Shown here piece by piece: positions 1 to 9,194 of a stretch of 64,000 nucleotides of DNA. A model generated the notes under the pieces. That model searched no databases and was not told the DNA's origin. It saw only the letters and a list, made by a program, of their open reading frames with translations. How positions within the stretch are numbered: the stretch's first letter is position 1; every line of letters starts with the position of its first letter. The stretch is from Acidobacteriota bacterium (GTDB lineage Bacteria; Acidobacteriota; UBA890). The position numbers were made by a program, and so were the translations under genes. The DNA lies in contig OZ244217.1 of NCBI GenBank assembly GCA_965216935.1, forward strand, positions 2,512,741 through 2,576,740, in the 5' to 3' direction.

Positions 1-318
1 TTGAAGACGACGTCGTCGAGATCGTCCTCGGCTTCGCCCATCCGCTCGTTGGCTTCGTCGATCACGTCTTCAGGTCCGCCCATTCGGTCGTCGCCGTCGT
101 CGATCCCGGCCTCGGATGGTTGATCACGACGCCCGCGTGCCCGTGTGCCGCTCGAGTCGCGGACCTGCCGGCGATTCGGCGCACTCTGGAGGTAGAGGAA
201 CCAATTCAGTATCCTTTCGCCCGTCTGACTTCTCAAGGATCCGCGGTCGGGGACTCCTCCGGTACGTCCGTACGGGTAGCACCGGGGTGCATCGCGGGTT
301 CCTGTGTGTGGGCGGGAC

Positions 319-1854
319 ATGAGAACACCGAAGCGGTTCTGCGAGTTCCGAATCCGACTCTCCCAGGGCTCGGCCTTCGCCATGTACAACGGCGAGCTGA
401 ATATCCCGGGTGTTCGACACGGACCGCCCACGGACCGGATCGAGTTGGTCAACGAGGGTCTGCGCAAGGATGCGATCGAGGTCCTCAGCAACCTCGTCCA
501 CCGCGAGGGGGCGGGCCGAGAAGAGATCACCCTGCTGGGAGACTTCCTCTACGACCTGCTGTTCCAGGGCGAGATCCGCGACCAGTTCCTCAAGACCTAC
601 GAGGCCGTAACCGCGGACGAGGACTGCGTGCTGCGGCTCGTCCTGGAGTTCAAGGGGGGCGAGGATTTCTCCGAGCTTCCGTGGGAGTACCTGCACCTGA
701 CCGACCTCAACGTGTTTGCCGCGGCCGTCTCGCCGATGGTCCTTTCGCGTCACGTCGAGCTCAAGAAGGAGCTGAAGGAGCCCGACGCCCCCGATCAGCT
801 GCGGCTCCTGGCGGTGGTTTCGAACCCCTCCAACGCCCGCGCTCCGGTCATTGCCGCTCCGATCGTCGACAAGATCCGGAAGATGTCCGAGGCGCATCGG
901 CTCGACGTCCGTTTGTTGGAGCAGCCCACCCGCAAGTCCTTCGAGGAGGCGTTCCGGGATCGCGACTGGCGTCCACAGATCCTGCACTTCTTCGGCCACG
1001 GTCAGTTCGATCCCGTTCGCGGCGGTTCGCTGGCGCTGTGCAAGCCGATGTCGGAGCGAGAGGACTGGCTGCCCGATGACGACCTGGTCGACATCCTCGG
1101 CGAGCGGCGGCGTCTCCGCCTGGTCGTGCTGCAGTCGTGCGAGGGAGCCGCGGGCAACGAGTTCAGCGGCGTGGCGAACAAGCTGGTGCGTGCGGCGGTG
1201 CCCGCGGTTGTTGCGATGCGCTACGAGATCGACAACGATTCGGCCACTTGCTTCGCCGAGACCTTCTATCGCCGTTTGGACGAGGGCTGGCCGATCGATT
1301 CGGCGGTGCAGGCCGGCCGCGAGGCGCTGGTGCGCCTGTCCGACGATGCGCGTCGGTTCAGCGACCGCCGCTTCGGTACCCCCGTTCTCTTCCTCCAGAG
1401 CCGCGACTACCAGACCGATCATCGCCTGATCCGGCCGAGCGAGGAAGGCGCGCAGGGCGCCGAAGCAAGCGGCGCTTCCGCCCGGGATCAGGCGCCGCGC
1501 GCCGTGCACGTCAGCTGTCCCTATTGCGGCAACCGCAGCTCGGTGATCCCCGGACGTAGTGTCTACTACTGCTCCAACGACAGTTGTCGGAGCAAGTACC
1601 GCTTCTGCCCGTCGTGCGGCGACGAAGTCATCCCGTCTGCCGAGGAGCACTGCGACGAGTGCCTGCGCCTGCGTGTCACCGCCGCGGCGGCGGGGCAGGC
1701 CGATCCCGATCGCGGAGAGCGCGGCGTGACGCCCGCGGCGGCTCGAGCTCCGCACGCGCCGGCGGACGACAGGGCGGCCCAGCCGGCCGGCGCGGCGGGC
1801 GACCGGCTCTACGTCGTCCGCGGGCAGGACCGGAGGGATCCGGCCGATGGCTGA
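319..1854 (+). CDS. CHAT-domain (caspase-like) cysteine protease with C-terminal double zinc ribbon
   Basis: Track ORF 304..1854; start set at ATG 319 (ATG 382 also possible). His/Cys dyad in CHAT-type context (ILHFFGHGQF ... LVVLQSCEGA). C-terminal cysteine pairs CPYC / CSNDSC / CPSC / CDEC. No signal peptide or TM segment. G/C-rich third codon positions. Confidence 0.85.
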   Translation: MRTPKRFCEFRIRLSQGSAFAMYNGELNIPGVRHGPPTDRIELVNEGLRKDAIEVLSNLVHREGAGREEITLLGDFLYDLLFQGEIRDQFLKTYEAVTADEDCVLRLVLEFKGGEDFSELPWEYLHLTDLNVFAAAVSPMVLSRHVELKKELKEPDAPDQLRLLAVVSNPSNARAPVIAAPIVDKIRKMSEAHRLDVRLLEQPTRKSFEEAFRDRDWRPQILHFFGHGQFDPVRGGSLALCKPMSEREDWLPDDDLVDILGERRRLRLVVLQSCEGAAGNEFSGVANKLVRAAVPAVVAMRYEIDNDSATCFAETFYRRLDEGWPIDSAVQAGREALVRLSDDARRFSDRRFGTPVLFLQSRDYQTDHRLIRPSEEGAQGAEASGASARDQAPRAVHVSCPYCGNRSSVIPGRSVYYCSNDSCRSKYRFCPSCGDEVIPSAEEHCDECLRLRVTAAAAGQADPDRGERGVTPAAARAPHAPADDRAAQPAGAAGDRLYVVRGQDRRDPADG

Positions 1855-4630
1855 TCCGCCCGACGTAGTGGCCTTGCAGCGCCGTGCGGCGATCGCCGAC
1901 GCCTATCGGGATGCAGCGCTGGCGACCGCGGACATGACGAAGGTCACAGCGGATCTCGTCGGGCTGCAGCAGAAGATCGACGAGGCGGAGCACTTTCTCG
2001 ATACCGGCGAGATGCTCGCCGACCTGGTCGGCGCGGCGTGGGCGCGCCCGGAGCTCGATGCCTTTCGGACGCTTCGTGCTCGTCTCCTGCGCGACTACAC
2101 CCACGCCGAAAGACAGCGGCTGCAGGATTCGGCGTTCGCCACGCCCCGTGCCCGCTGGGAAGAGTTCGTTCGCTCGTTCGCCCGTTGCGTCTCCGCCTGG
2201 AAGCTGGAGGTGTGCGCCGCGCTGGCGACCGTGGACCTGGGCGAGGGCGCGGCCGAAGGGCCACTGGACATGTTTCGTGAACGGGTCGAGTACCTGGTCA
2301 AGGAGCGCTGGGCCGAGGGATACCCGATCTTCGAGTACCTCGCCGAGGCCGACGAGGTGCCGCCCCGGGACCGCGGCCGGATCAACGCGCTGTGCGCGGC
2401 GGTGCAGATCTACTTCTTCGAATCGCCCGACAAGGCCCTGGAGCTCCTGAGCCGGGCCGAGGAGCTGGCTCCGGAGGAATCGATCGTCTACGAGGTCCGC
2501 GGCGATCTTTACATTCATCAGTCGAAGCTCGACGAGGCGAGAGTCCAGCTCGATCGCGCCATGGCCTTGAAGCCGGGCAGCGCCGGTGCGCTCGCCTCGA
2601 TGGGCGACCTGGCGGACAAGGGCGATACCCCCGAGTCGGCCGAGTCCTGGTATCGGGAGGCGATTCGACACCGTCCGGGCAGCTCCACGGGCTACACCCG
2701 CATGTGCCGCTTCCTCGGCCGTCCGGACGTCCCGGAAGAGAAGGCCGCCGAGATCTCCGAGCTGGTGGCGCGCTCGGTGTCGGTCGATCCGCTCGGAGAG
2801 CACACCACGTATCTGTCCGCCGGCTGGGCGTACCAGAGTCGCGACGAAACAGAGGTCGCCCGGGAGTGGTTCGATCGCGCCATCGCCAACGACCCGCTTC
2901 GTCCGGACGGGCACGCGGCGCTCGGCCACCTGCTGCTTGGCAGCGGCGCGATCGACGAGGCGCGCGAAGCGTTCGAGCGAGCCATCGAGGTGGCGCCCGA
3001 GTCGCTGGACGGGCACTGGGGACTCGCCCTGCTGGAAGAGCAGGAAGCGAACTGGGCGGCCGCCGAGGCGAGCTTCCGCAGGTCGCTGCAGGCCCGGCCG
3101 GAGTGGGGCGGGGCGATCATCGCGCGGGCGGCCTACGCGGCGTTTCGACAGGGGGACCGCGAGGCGGCGGTAGAGGAGATCGTCACCGCGCTGATGGCGG
3201 ATCCCGACAACGAGATGCTGCGGTCGTATGCCGAACGCATCGCCGACGAGACCGAAAGCGAGTTCGGCGATCTCGAGGGCGCCGACGCGGTCTACGATGC
3301 GATCGCCGGGGTGCTCGGCGACACGTATTCCGAGCGGCACGGCGAGCGCATCGCCGCATTGCGCGTGTCCGCCGCTCTGCGCAAGAACCGCGAGGCGAAC
3401 GCCCTGTACTCGGCGGGCGACTACAGCGGCTCGATCCCGCTGTACGAGGAGGCCATCGAGCTCGACTTCCACGATCCGGTGTATCACGCCAACCTTTCGT
3501 CCGCCTGGGAGCTTGCCGAGGACGTGCCGGTCGTCGACCGTCTCGACCGCGCGATCGAGTGCCTCGATCGGGCGGCGGCGATGGCCAACGACCCGGACGA
3601 GTACCGCACCCGCCAGCTCCACCTACAGACCATGCGCGAGAGCGCCGCGGTGTACGGCGAGGCGATCAGCAGGTTGCCCGTGGTGACCCCCATCGCCCTG
3701 GAGGTGGGAAACACGATCGTGCCGATGGTGGAGGGCGAAGGCGCAGATCTCGCTCCGCTCGCGCAGGAGCTCATCGAACAGATGCGGGAGAGGGTGCGGG
3801 AAGGCTTCGGCGTGAAGGTCCCCGGGATCCGGATCCGCGTCCGCGAGGGAGCGTCCGACCCGGGTGAGTTCGTCATCCTGCTGATGGAAGTACCGCTCTT
3901 GCTGGGCTCGATCCGCGATGTTCCGCTCGAAGATGATCCGGACGCCTACGAGCGCCACGCCCTCGAGCACATGCTCGGCACGCTCGAGGGGCTCCTCGAG
4001 CGGAACCTCGGTGCCTTTCTCGGAATCGAGGCGCTGGACTCCCTGCTGTGGCAGGAGGCGTCGGAATGGCGCGAGAAGTGGGTCGGCGACACGGACGAGC
4101 TGAGTCGCTTGGAGCGCGTCTTCCGGGCGATGCTCGCGGAGGGCGTGGGAATCCGCCCGATCGGCCCGATCTGCGAGCGCTACGCCGAGCTCCGCCAGAG
4201 CGCCGTGCCGGCGCACGAGATCGTCGAGCGACTGCGCGCCTTGCCGGAGGTGCGCGAGCACCTTCCCGGTGCCGAGGGACATTCCTTCTTCGCCGTGAGC
4301 GACGCGTTTCTCGACGTATTCGAGCGTTCGATCAACACCGCCGACGGACATCCTCTGCTGGCGATGCTGCCGGAGGACTGCCAGGCGACCCTCACCGCGG
4401 TGCGCAACACGGTGACCGGCGAGCGCCCGGAGGCGCTGATCGTCCACCGCCCGGTCTTGCGGCCGTTCGTGCGGCGGCTGCTGGAGTTGGAGTTCCCGAC
4501 CCTGCCGGTGCTGGCGGCAAGCGAGCTGGCGGACGCGGAGGCGGCCGTTGTCGACACCGTCCGAATGGACGGCGAGGACAAAGCCCCTGCCGCGACCGAT
4601 CGGCAGCTCGGGACCGGAGGCGAGGGATGA
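1847..4630 (+). CDS. TPR-repeat protein fused to a soluble FlhA/SctV-like cytoplasmic domain (FlhAc-like)
   Basis: ATG 1847 overlaps the CHAT stop by 8 nt (ATGGCTGA). The middle ~400 aa are TPR-like helical repeats (e.g. EANALYSAGDYSGSIPLYEEAIELD). The C-terminal ~310 aa (approx 3670-4600) match conserved FlhAc blocks: IALEVGNTIVPMVEG, GFGVKVPGIRIRVREG..GEFVILLMEVP, FRAMLAEGVGIRPIGPICERYAEL, HRPVLRPFVRRLLELEFPTLPVLAASEL. No TM export-gate region. Confidence 0.85.
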   Translation: MADPPDVVALQRRAAIADAYRDAALATADMTKVTADLVGLQQKIDEAEHFLDTGEMLADLVGAAWARPELDAFRTLRARLLRDYTHAERQRLQDSAFATPRARWEEFVRSFARCVSAWKLEVCAALATVDLGEGAAEGPLDMFRERVEYLVKERWAEGYPIFEYLAEADEVPPRDRGRINALCAAVQIYFFESPDKALELLSRAEELAPEESIVYEVRGDLYIHQSKLDEARVQLDRAMALKPGSAGALASMGDLADKGDTPESAESWYREAIRHRPGSSTGYTRMCRFLGRPDVPEEKAAEISELVARSVSVDPLGEHTTYLSAGWAYQSRDETEVAREWFDRAIANDPLRPDGHAALGHLLLGSGAIDEAREAFERAIEVAPESLDGHWGLALLEEQEANWAAAEASFRRSLQARPEWGGAIIARAAYAAFRQGDREAAVEEIVTALMADPDNEMLRSYAERIADETESEFGDLEGADAVYDAIAGVLGDTYSERHGERIAALRVSAALRKNREANALYSAGDYSGSIPLYEEAIELDFHDPVYHANLSSAWELAEDVPVVDRLDRAIECLDRAAAMANDPDEYRTRQLHLQTMRESAAVYGEAISRLPVVTPIALEVGNTIVPMVEGEGADLAPLAQELIEQMRERVREGFGVKVPGIRIRVREGASDPGEFVILLMEVPLLLGSIRDVPLEDDPDAYERHALEHMLGTLEGLLERNLGAFLGIEALDSLLWQEASEWREKWVGDTDELSRLERVFRAMLAEGVGIRPIGPICERYAELRQSAVPAHEIVERLRALPEVREHLPGAEGHSFFAVSDAFLDVFERSINTADGHPLLAMLPEDCQATLTAVRNTVTGERPEALIVHRPVLRPFVRRLLELEFPTLPVLAASELADAEAAVVDTVRMDGEDKAPAATDRQLGTGGEG

Positions 4631-6255
4631 GCGCCAAGGTGAAGCTGCCCGTCGCCCTGCACATGGGCGAGACCTTGCCGGTCGATCCGGACGGCGTTCG
4701 GGCAGCGATCGAGGGCTACGCCGAAACCTTGCTGGACAGCCTGGAGATCCCGGCCGAAGTGACGGTCGAGCTGGTCTCGGGTCCCCTCGAAGATCTTCCT
4801 TCCGGCGACGCGTCCTTCATCACCGGCCGCGAGGCGTCGGGCCTGACGCGGCACGACGAGGACGGCCGGCTCACCGCCGAGAGCGCCGCCCAGCTCGGCG
4901 CGATGGCCGTGTGCGACGGGCGCTGTCAGCTGGTGACGGCCGCGGTCGTCGACGCCGTGTGGAAGGGCTGGACCGGTGGGGAGTCCGGCGACGCCCCGGC
5001 CGGGCTGGCGGAGGCGTTGCGAGACGCCGTCCGCTACGGCGTCTCGCTCGAGAAGGTTCGCGCCGCCTGGGAGGGGTCGGCCGATCCCGACAACGTCGAC
5101 ACGTTCCGCGTCGCCGTCGACCGAGCCCTGGATGCCCGCGGCAAACCGTTGGCGCGCCTGGCCATGGGCCGCGAACTGTACGCCCGCTGCTTCGATCCGG
5201 CCACCGACGAGCCGCTGCAGCCGGAGGGCGAAGACGATCCGCTGGACGTCATACAGTCGAACATGGTCGACGGGCTCTTCTACTCGCTCGGCATGATCGT
5301 CGAGGTGGAGATCGAGCCCGATGGTGGGCTCGAGCCCTTCGGGTTCTCCACGTCCTTCTACGACCTGCCCGGTCCGCCGATGTCGAACCTCGCCGAGGGG
5401 GAATTCCTGGTCAACGAGATTCCCTCGCGGCTGAACATGCTCCACATCGAGGCGCGGGCGGTGGTCAACCCCGCCAACGGGTCGGAGAACGCCGTTGTTT
5501 CCAGTGCGCGCGACGCGGAGGCATGCCGCGAAGTCGGCGGGTACACCACATGGGGCCAGGCTTCGTACGCGGTCCTCTGCGCGTCCGCGCACGTCCGCCG
5601 CAACGCCGCGGCGTTCATCGACGGTCGATTCGCCCGCCTGTATCTGGCACGGCTGGGGAGTGCCTTTCCGACCCTCGTGCGCGCGATCGACGAGCGGTTC
5701 GACCGTGGATTGATCACCGGGGTGCTGCGTGGCCTCATTGAGGAAGAGATCTCGATCCGCGATGCGCGCGGCATCATGGAGGGGCTGCTGGCGGTGCAAG
5801 GTGTCAGCTCGGTCGATCACGGCCGTTACATCGTGTTCGATCCGTTCACCGAGCGTCGCTGCCCGGTGCCCGCGGGCAGGACACTGGAGGACCTGAGGGC
5901 GCCCGAGTACGCCGAAGCGGCCCGCGGCGCCCTGCGCGATTTCATCTCCCACAAGCACACGCAGGGGGCGAGCTCGCTGCTCTGTTTTCTGGTCGACCCG
6001 GCGATCGAGGCCGAGCTGCAGCAGCCCGAGCCGCTCACACCTTCCCGTCGCCGGGAGATCATCCGAGCCGTATACGAGGAGGCCGGAGGGCGGCCGGGCT
6101 GGTCCAGCCAGCCGGTCATCCTGACGACCGTGTCGGCGCGCAAGCGCATGCGCCGCCTGGTCGAGGCCGAGTTTCCCGAGCTACCCGTGCTGTCGTACCA
6201 GGAGCTTCGACCGGACATGAACATCCAGCCGATCGCCCGCATCAGCGTCGATTGA
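4627..6255 (+). CDS. Stand-alone FlhA/SctV cytoplasmic-domain-like protein (second FlhAc paralogue)
   Basis: ATG 4627 overlaps the upstream stop (ATGA). The upstream part of track ORF 4048..6255 is an Arg-rich out-of-context extension. FlhAc-like blocks: LPVALHMGETLPVD, ITGVLRGLIEEEISIRDARGIMEGLLAV, ARKRMRRLVEAEFPELPVLSYQELRPDMNIQPIARISV. No TM segment. Confidence 0.8.
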   Translation: MSAKVKLPVALHMGETLPVDPDGVRAAIEGYAETLLDSLEIPAEVTVELVSGPLEDLPSGDASFITGREASGLTRHDEDGRLTAESAAQLGAMAVCDGRCQLVTAAVVDAVWKGWTGGESGDAPAGLAEALRDAVRYGVSLEKVRAAWEGSADPDNVDTFRVAVDRALDARGKPLARLAMGRELYARCFDPATDEPLQPEGEDDPLDVIQSNMVDGLFYSLGMIVEVEIEPDGGLEPFGFSTSFYDLPGPPMSNLAEGEFLVNEIPSRLNMLHIEARAVVNPANGSENAVVSSARDAEACREVGGYTTWGQASYAVLCASAHVRRNAAAFIDGRFARLYLARLGSAFPTLVRAIDERFDRGLITGVLRGLIEEEISIRDARGIMEGLLAVQGVSSVDHGRYIVFDPFTERRCPVPAGRTLEDLRAPEYAEAARGALRDFISHKHTQGASSLLCFLVDPAIEAELQQPEPLTPSRRREIIRAVYEEAGGRPGWSSQPVILTTVSARKRMRRLVEAEFPELPVLSYQELRPDMNIQPIARISVD

Positions 6256-6319
6256 TCGGCGATGGCGTCGCACGGCCGCTCCGGCGGGCGGCGACGTCCA
6301 CCAACCCGAGCACGAACCG

Positions 6320-7714
6320 ATGACGATCGAACCCGTTCCCGGCACTCCCTTCGACTACTACCTGGTCTCCTACGACAAGCACGGGCGTGAGTACAACGAT
6401 CCCGAGGGCATGAACGGCCTCATGTCCCTGCGCATCGAGCGGGACATCGCCGATCACGGCATCACCGACGTGTTCTTGCTGTCGCACGGCTGGAAGGGCG
6501 ACGTTCCTGCGGCCAAGTCGCAATACGAGGCGTGGATCAAGGCGATGGCCGATTGCGGCGAGGACGTCGAGAAGGTCCGCGCACAGCGACCGGGCTTCAA
6601 ACCGTTGATTATCGGATTTCACTGGCCCAGCTTGCCGTGGGGCGACGAGTCCTACGGCGGGATTTCGTTCGCGGCGGGCGGTGCAGACGCCGGCCCGCCG
6701 GTGAGCGAGCCCGAGGATCCCGTCAGGGCGCAGATCGATGCGGCGGCCGAGAGCATTGCCGATTCTGCCGCGGCGCGCCAGGCATTGGAAACGATCTTCG
6801 CCGCCGCGCTCGACGACATCGCCCCGGACAACCTGCCGCCTGCGGTCGTTTCGGCCTACGAGACGCTGGCCGCCGAGGCCGGGCTCGAAACGGGCGGGGA
6901 TCTGGGGGCGGCCCCGGGTGACGACGTGGCGGCGTTCGATCCCGAGGCGTCGTATCAAACGATGCTCGAGCTCGAGGAGGACATCTACTACGGCGACTCG
7001 TCGATCGGCGGAGGCATCCTCGGCGGACTGCGCCAGCTGTCCTTCTGGAAGATGAAGAAGCGGGCCCGATCGATCGGCGAGTCGAGCGCCGCGACGTTGA
7101 TCCGACGCCTGCAAGAGATCGGCACCGACGGCCCGGGTGGTGACAACGTGCGGTTCCACCTGATGGGTCACAGCTTCGGCTGTATCGTCGTGTCCGCGGC
7201 GATCGCCGGCCGCGACGGCGACGAGCCTTTGGTGCGACCGATCGACTCCGTGCTGCTGGCGCAGGGGGCGCTGTCGCTGTGGGCGTACTGCAGCGATATT
7301 CCGGTCGCGCCGGGCAAGCCGGGGTACTTCTCCTCGATCGTCGCCGGCGGGAAGGTCGCCGGCCCGCTGGTGACGACGCAATCCATGCACGACACCGCCG
7401 TCGGTGTGCTGTACCCGCTCGCGGCCGGCGCCGCCTTCCTCGCCGCCGACGCCGTCGCCTTCGACTTCGACCCCACCCGGCCGCCCAAGTACGGGGCCCT
7501 CGGCACGTATGGCATCCAGGGGCCGGGCGTCGACCTCGATCGCCGGACCATGGGCCCGGTCGATACCGATTACGAGTTCGTTGGCGGACGGGCATACAAC
7601 GTCGAGGGCAGCGGCGTGATCAACGAGGGCGGCGGCGCCTCCGGGGCGCACAACGACATCGCCAAGCCCGAGGTAGGGCACGCATTCTGGAGCGCGATTC
7701 TGGCCGCTCCCTGA
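6320..7714 (+). CDS. Alpha/beta-fold serine hydrolase (lipase/esterase-like), cytoplasmic
   Basis: Track ORF 6320..7714. GxSxG nucleophile elbow (HLMGHSFGCIVV), an early HG motif (FLLSHGWKGD), and candidate Asp (SMHDTA) and His (GAHNDI). No signal peptide. Lies 64 nt downstream of the FlhAc-like gene on the same strand. Confidence 0.8.
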   Translation: MTIEPVPGTPFDYYLVSYDKHGREYNDPEGMNGLMSLRIERDIADHGITDVFLLSHGWKGDVPAAKSQYEAWIKAMADCGEDVEKVRAQRPGFKPLIIGFHWPSLPWGDESYGGISFAAGGADAGPPVSEPEDPVRAQIDAAAESIADSAAARQALETIFAAALDDIAPDNLPPAVVSAYETLAAEAGLETGGDLGAAPGDDVAAFDPEASYQTMLELEEDIYYGDSSIGGGILGGLRQLSFWKMKKRARSIGESSAATLIRRLQEIGTDGPGGDNVRFHLMGHSFGCIVVSAAIAGRDGDEPLVRPIDSVLLAQGALSLWAYCSDIPVAPGKPGYFSSIVAGGKVAGPLVTTQSMHDTAVGVLYPLAAGAAFLAADAVAFDFDPTRPPKYGALGTYGIQGPGVDLDRRTMGPVDTDYEFVGGRAYNVEGSGVINEGGGASGAHNDIAKPEVGHAFWSAILAAP

Positions 7715-7987
7715 GCCCGGCGTGAGTCGCTCCCTTGACGGTTGTCCCGGCGGCGTGGTCCGATCGGGTCTCCGGCGTTCGTGATTGCGGCGCCCCCGCA
7801 CGGGTAGCTTCCGATTCGGGCGTCGTTGTCGATCGCGAGGCCGGATTACATGGGGACCGCTTCGGTGTGAGCGCGCTTTCGGGTGCGATCCGGCCGGCGG
7901 TCCCTTTTCGATGGGCGAGGTTGCACGGCACCAGCGTCGCCGGAACCCCGGGAGGATCCCGGGTGGGGACCGGAAAGGACTCGTCGT

Positions 7988-9178
7988 ATGGCCCGCAAGC
8001 GCAAAGGCAAGAAACGCAGGACGGCGAAGCGCACGGCATCGTCCGGCCCCGCCGCCCCGATGACCGACGCGCAGCTCAAGCGGAAGGTCAAGGCCCGCCC
8101 GGCCCGCAAGAAACCGAAGAAGTTGGTGATCCGACACGACATCATGGTGGCCGGAACCGACACCCGGCTTCGACACAAGTCCACCGGGAGGTCGAAGTCG
8201 CTCATCGCCCGGCCGCTCGCGAAGGTGCGCTCGGGGCGGGGCATCGATGTGCAGATCGAGATCGCCGGGGCGGAGCTCGGGACGCGCGTTTTCCGTCCGC
8301 CGATCGAAGGCAAGCGGGTCAGGGTGCCGAAGATCACCGCGGCGCGGCGCGCCGAGGCCCGGCAGGGGCTGCCCGCGCTGGACGGGTTTCTACCCGACCA
8401 CCTTCCGCTGCAACCCGTGCCGCCGAAGCTCGAGGCCGCCCTGCGAGTCCCGAGCTTCATCAAGACCGTCGGTCGTATCGGCAAGACGCAACGTCGGGCG
8501 ACGACGGTGTTCGATCCCGAAGATCGTTACACGTTCTCCGACACGGCCTTTCCGTGGTGCACGGTGGGCCGCGTGGACACCGCCGGCGGCTGGGCCAGCG
8601 GTGTGCTCATCGGCCCCCGGCACATGCTCACCGTCAGCCACGCCATTGTCTGGGGGGCGGGGAACAGTGCCGGGTGGGTGCGTTTCCGGCCGTCGTATTT
8701 CGACGGCAACGCGCCGTTCGGCGAGGCGTGGGGGACGCGCTGGTACGCCTTCAAGAAGGTCGTTGGTCCCGGCATCGATCTGGACGAAGGGCGGCAGGAC
8801 TACGTCGTCATCGTGCTCGATCGTCGTATCGGCGACACCTGCGGCTGGATGGGATCGCGGACCTATTCGGAGTCCTGGGACGGCGGCAACTTCTGGCGCC
8901 ACATCGGCTACCCGGGGGACATGGCCGGCGGACTGCGTCCGTCCTACGAGCGCGACATCTCGCTCGATGGGCGCAACACCTCGAGTCACCGGGAGCTCTG
9001 GCACCAGGGTGACGTCTGGCCGGGGCAATCGGGCGGACCGTTCTTCGCCTGGTGGGCCGGCGAGGACTGGCCGCGTGTCGTCAGCGTGCAGTCCTGGGAA
9101 AACAGCCAACGCAACGGAGCCTCCGGCGGCAGCCGCATGGTCGACTTGATCATCACCGCGCGCAACGATCATCCCTGA
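7988..9178 (+). CDS. Trypsin-like (S1, V8/glutamyl-endopeptidase-like) serine protease with very basic ~170-aa N-terminal extension
   Basis: In frame with track ORF 7883..9178. ATG 7988 is preceded by GAAAGGA. His (LTVSHAIV), Asp (DYVVIVLD) and Ser (GQSGGPFF) triad motifs. N-terminus MARKRKGKKRRTAKR... No signal peptide. Confidence 0.8.
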   Translation: MARKRKGKKRRTAKRTASSGPAAPMTDAQLKRKVKARPARKKPKKLVIRHDIMVAGTDTRLRHKSTGRSKSLIARPLAKVRSGRGIDVQIEIAGAELGTRVFRPPIEGKRVRVPKITAARRAEARQGLPALDGFLPDHLPLQPVPPKLEAALRVPSFIKTVGRIGKTQRRATTVFDPEDRYTFSDTAFPWCTVGRVDTAGGWASGVLIGPRHMLTVSHAIVWGAGNSAGWVRFRPSYFDGNAPFGEAWGTRWYAFKKVVGPGIDLDEGRQDYVVIVLDRRIGDTCGWMGSRTYSESWDGGNFWRHIGYPGDMAGGLRPSYERDISLDGRNTSSHRELWHQGDVWPGQSGGPFFAWWAGEDWPRVVSVQSWENSQRNGASGGSRMVDLIITARNDHP

Positions 9179-9194
9179 GCGCGGGTGCGGCGCA

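Noticed and set aside
1-83. Possible 5' end of a minus-strand gene leaving the window (MGGPEDVIDEANERMGEAEDDLDDVVF...)
   Set aside because: Only about 27 acidic codons are visible, and the frame stays open upstream of the ATG too. That is too little sequence to support a call. It may be real, but I cannot tell.
1847-6255. Interpretation as a flagellar or type III secretion locus
   Set aside because: Only the cytoplasmic FlhA/SctV-like domain is present. There is no TM export gate and no FlhB/FliPQR/ATPase/ring/needle or flagellin genes anywhere in 64 kb. The neighbours are a CHAT protease and hydrolases.
124-8176. Long antisense or alternative-frame ORFs from the track (124..1755 -, 1676..3622 -, 2392..3867 +, 4180..5958 -, 6242..8176 -, 7735..9012 +)
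   Set aside because: These are Arg/Pro/Gly/Ala-rich translations with no motifs. They lie opposite or out of frame to ORFs with clear catalytic or family motifs and proper codon-3 G/C bias. They are typical high-GC shadow ORFs.
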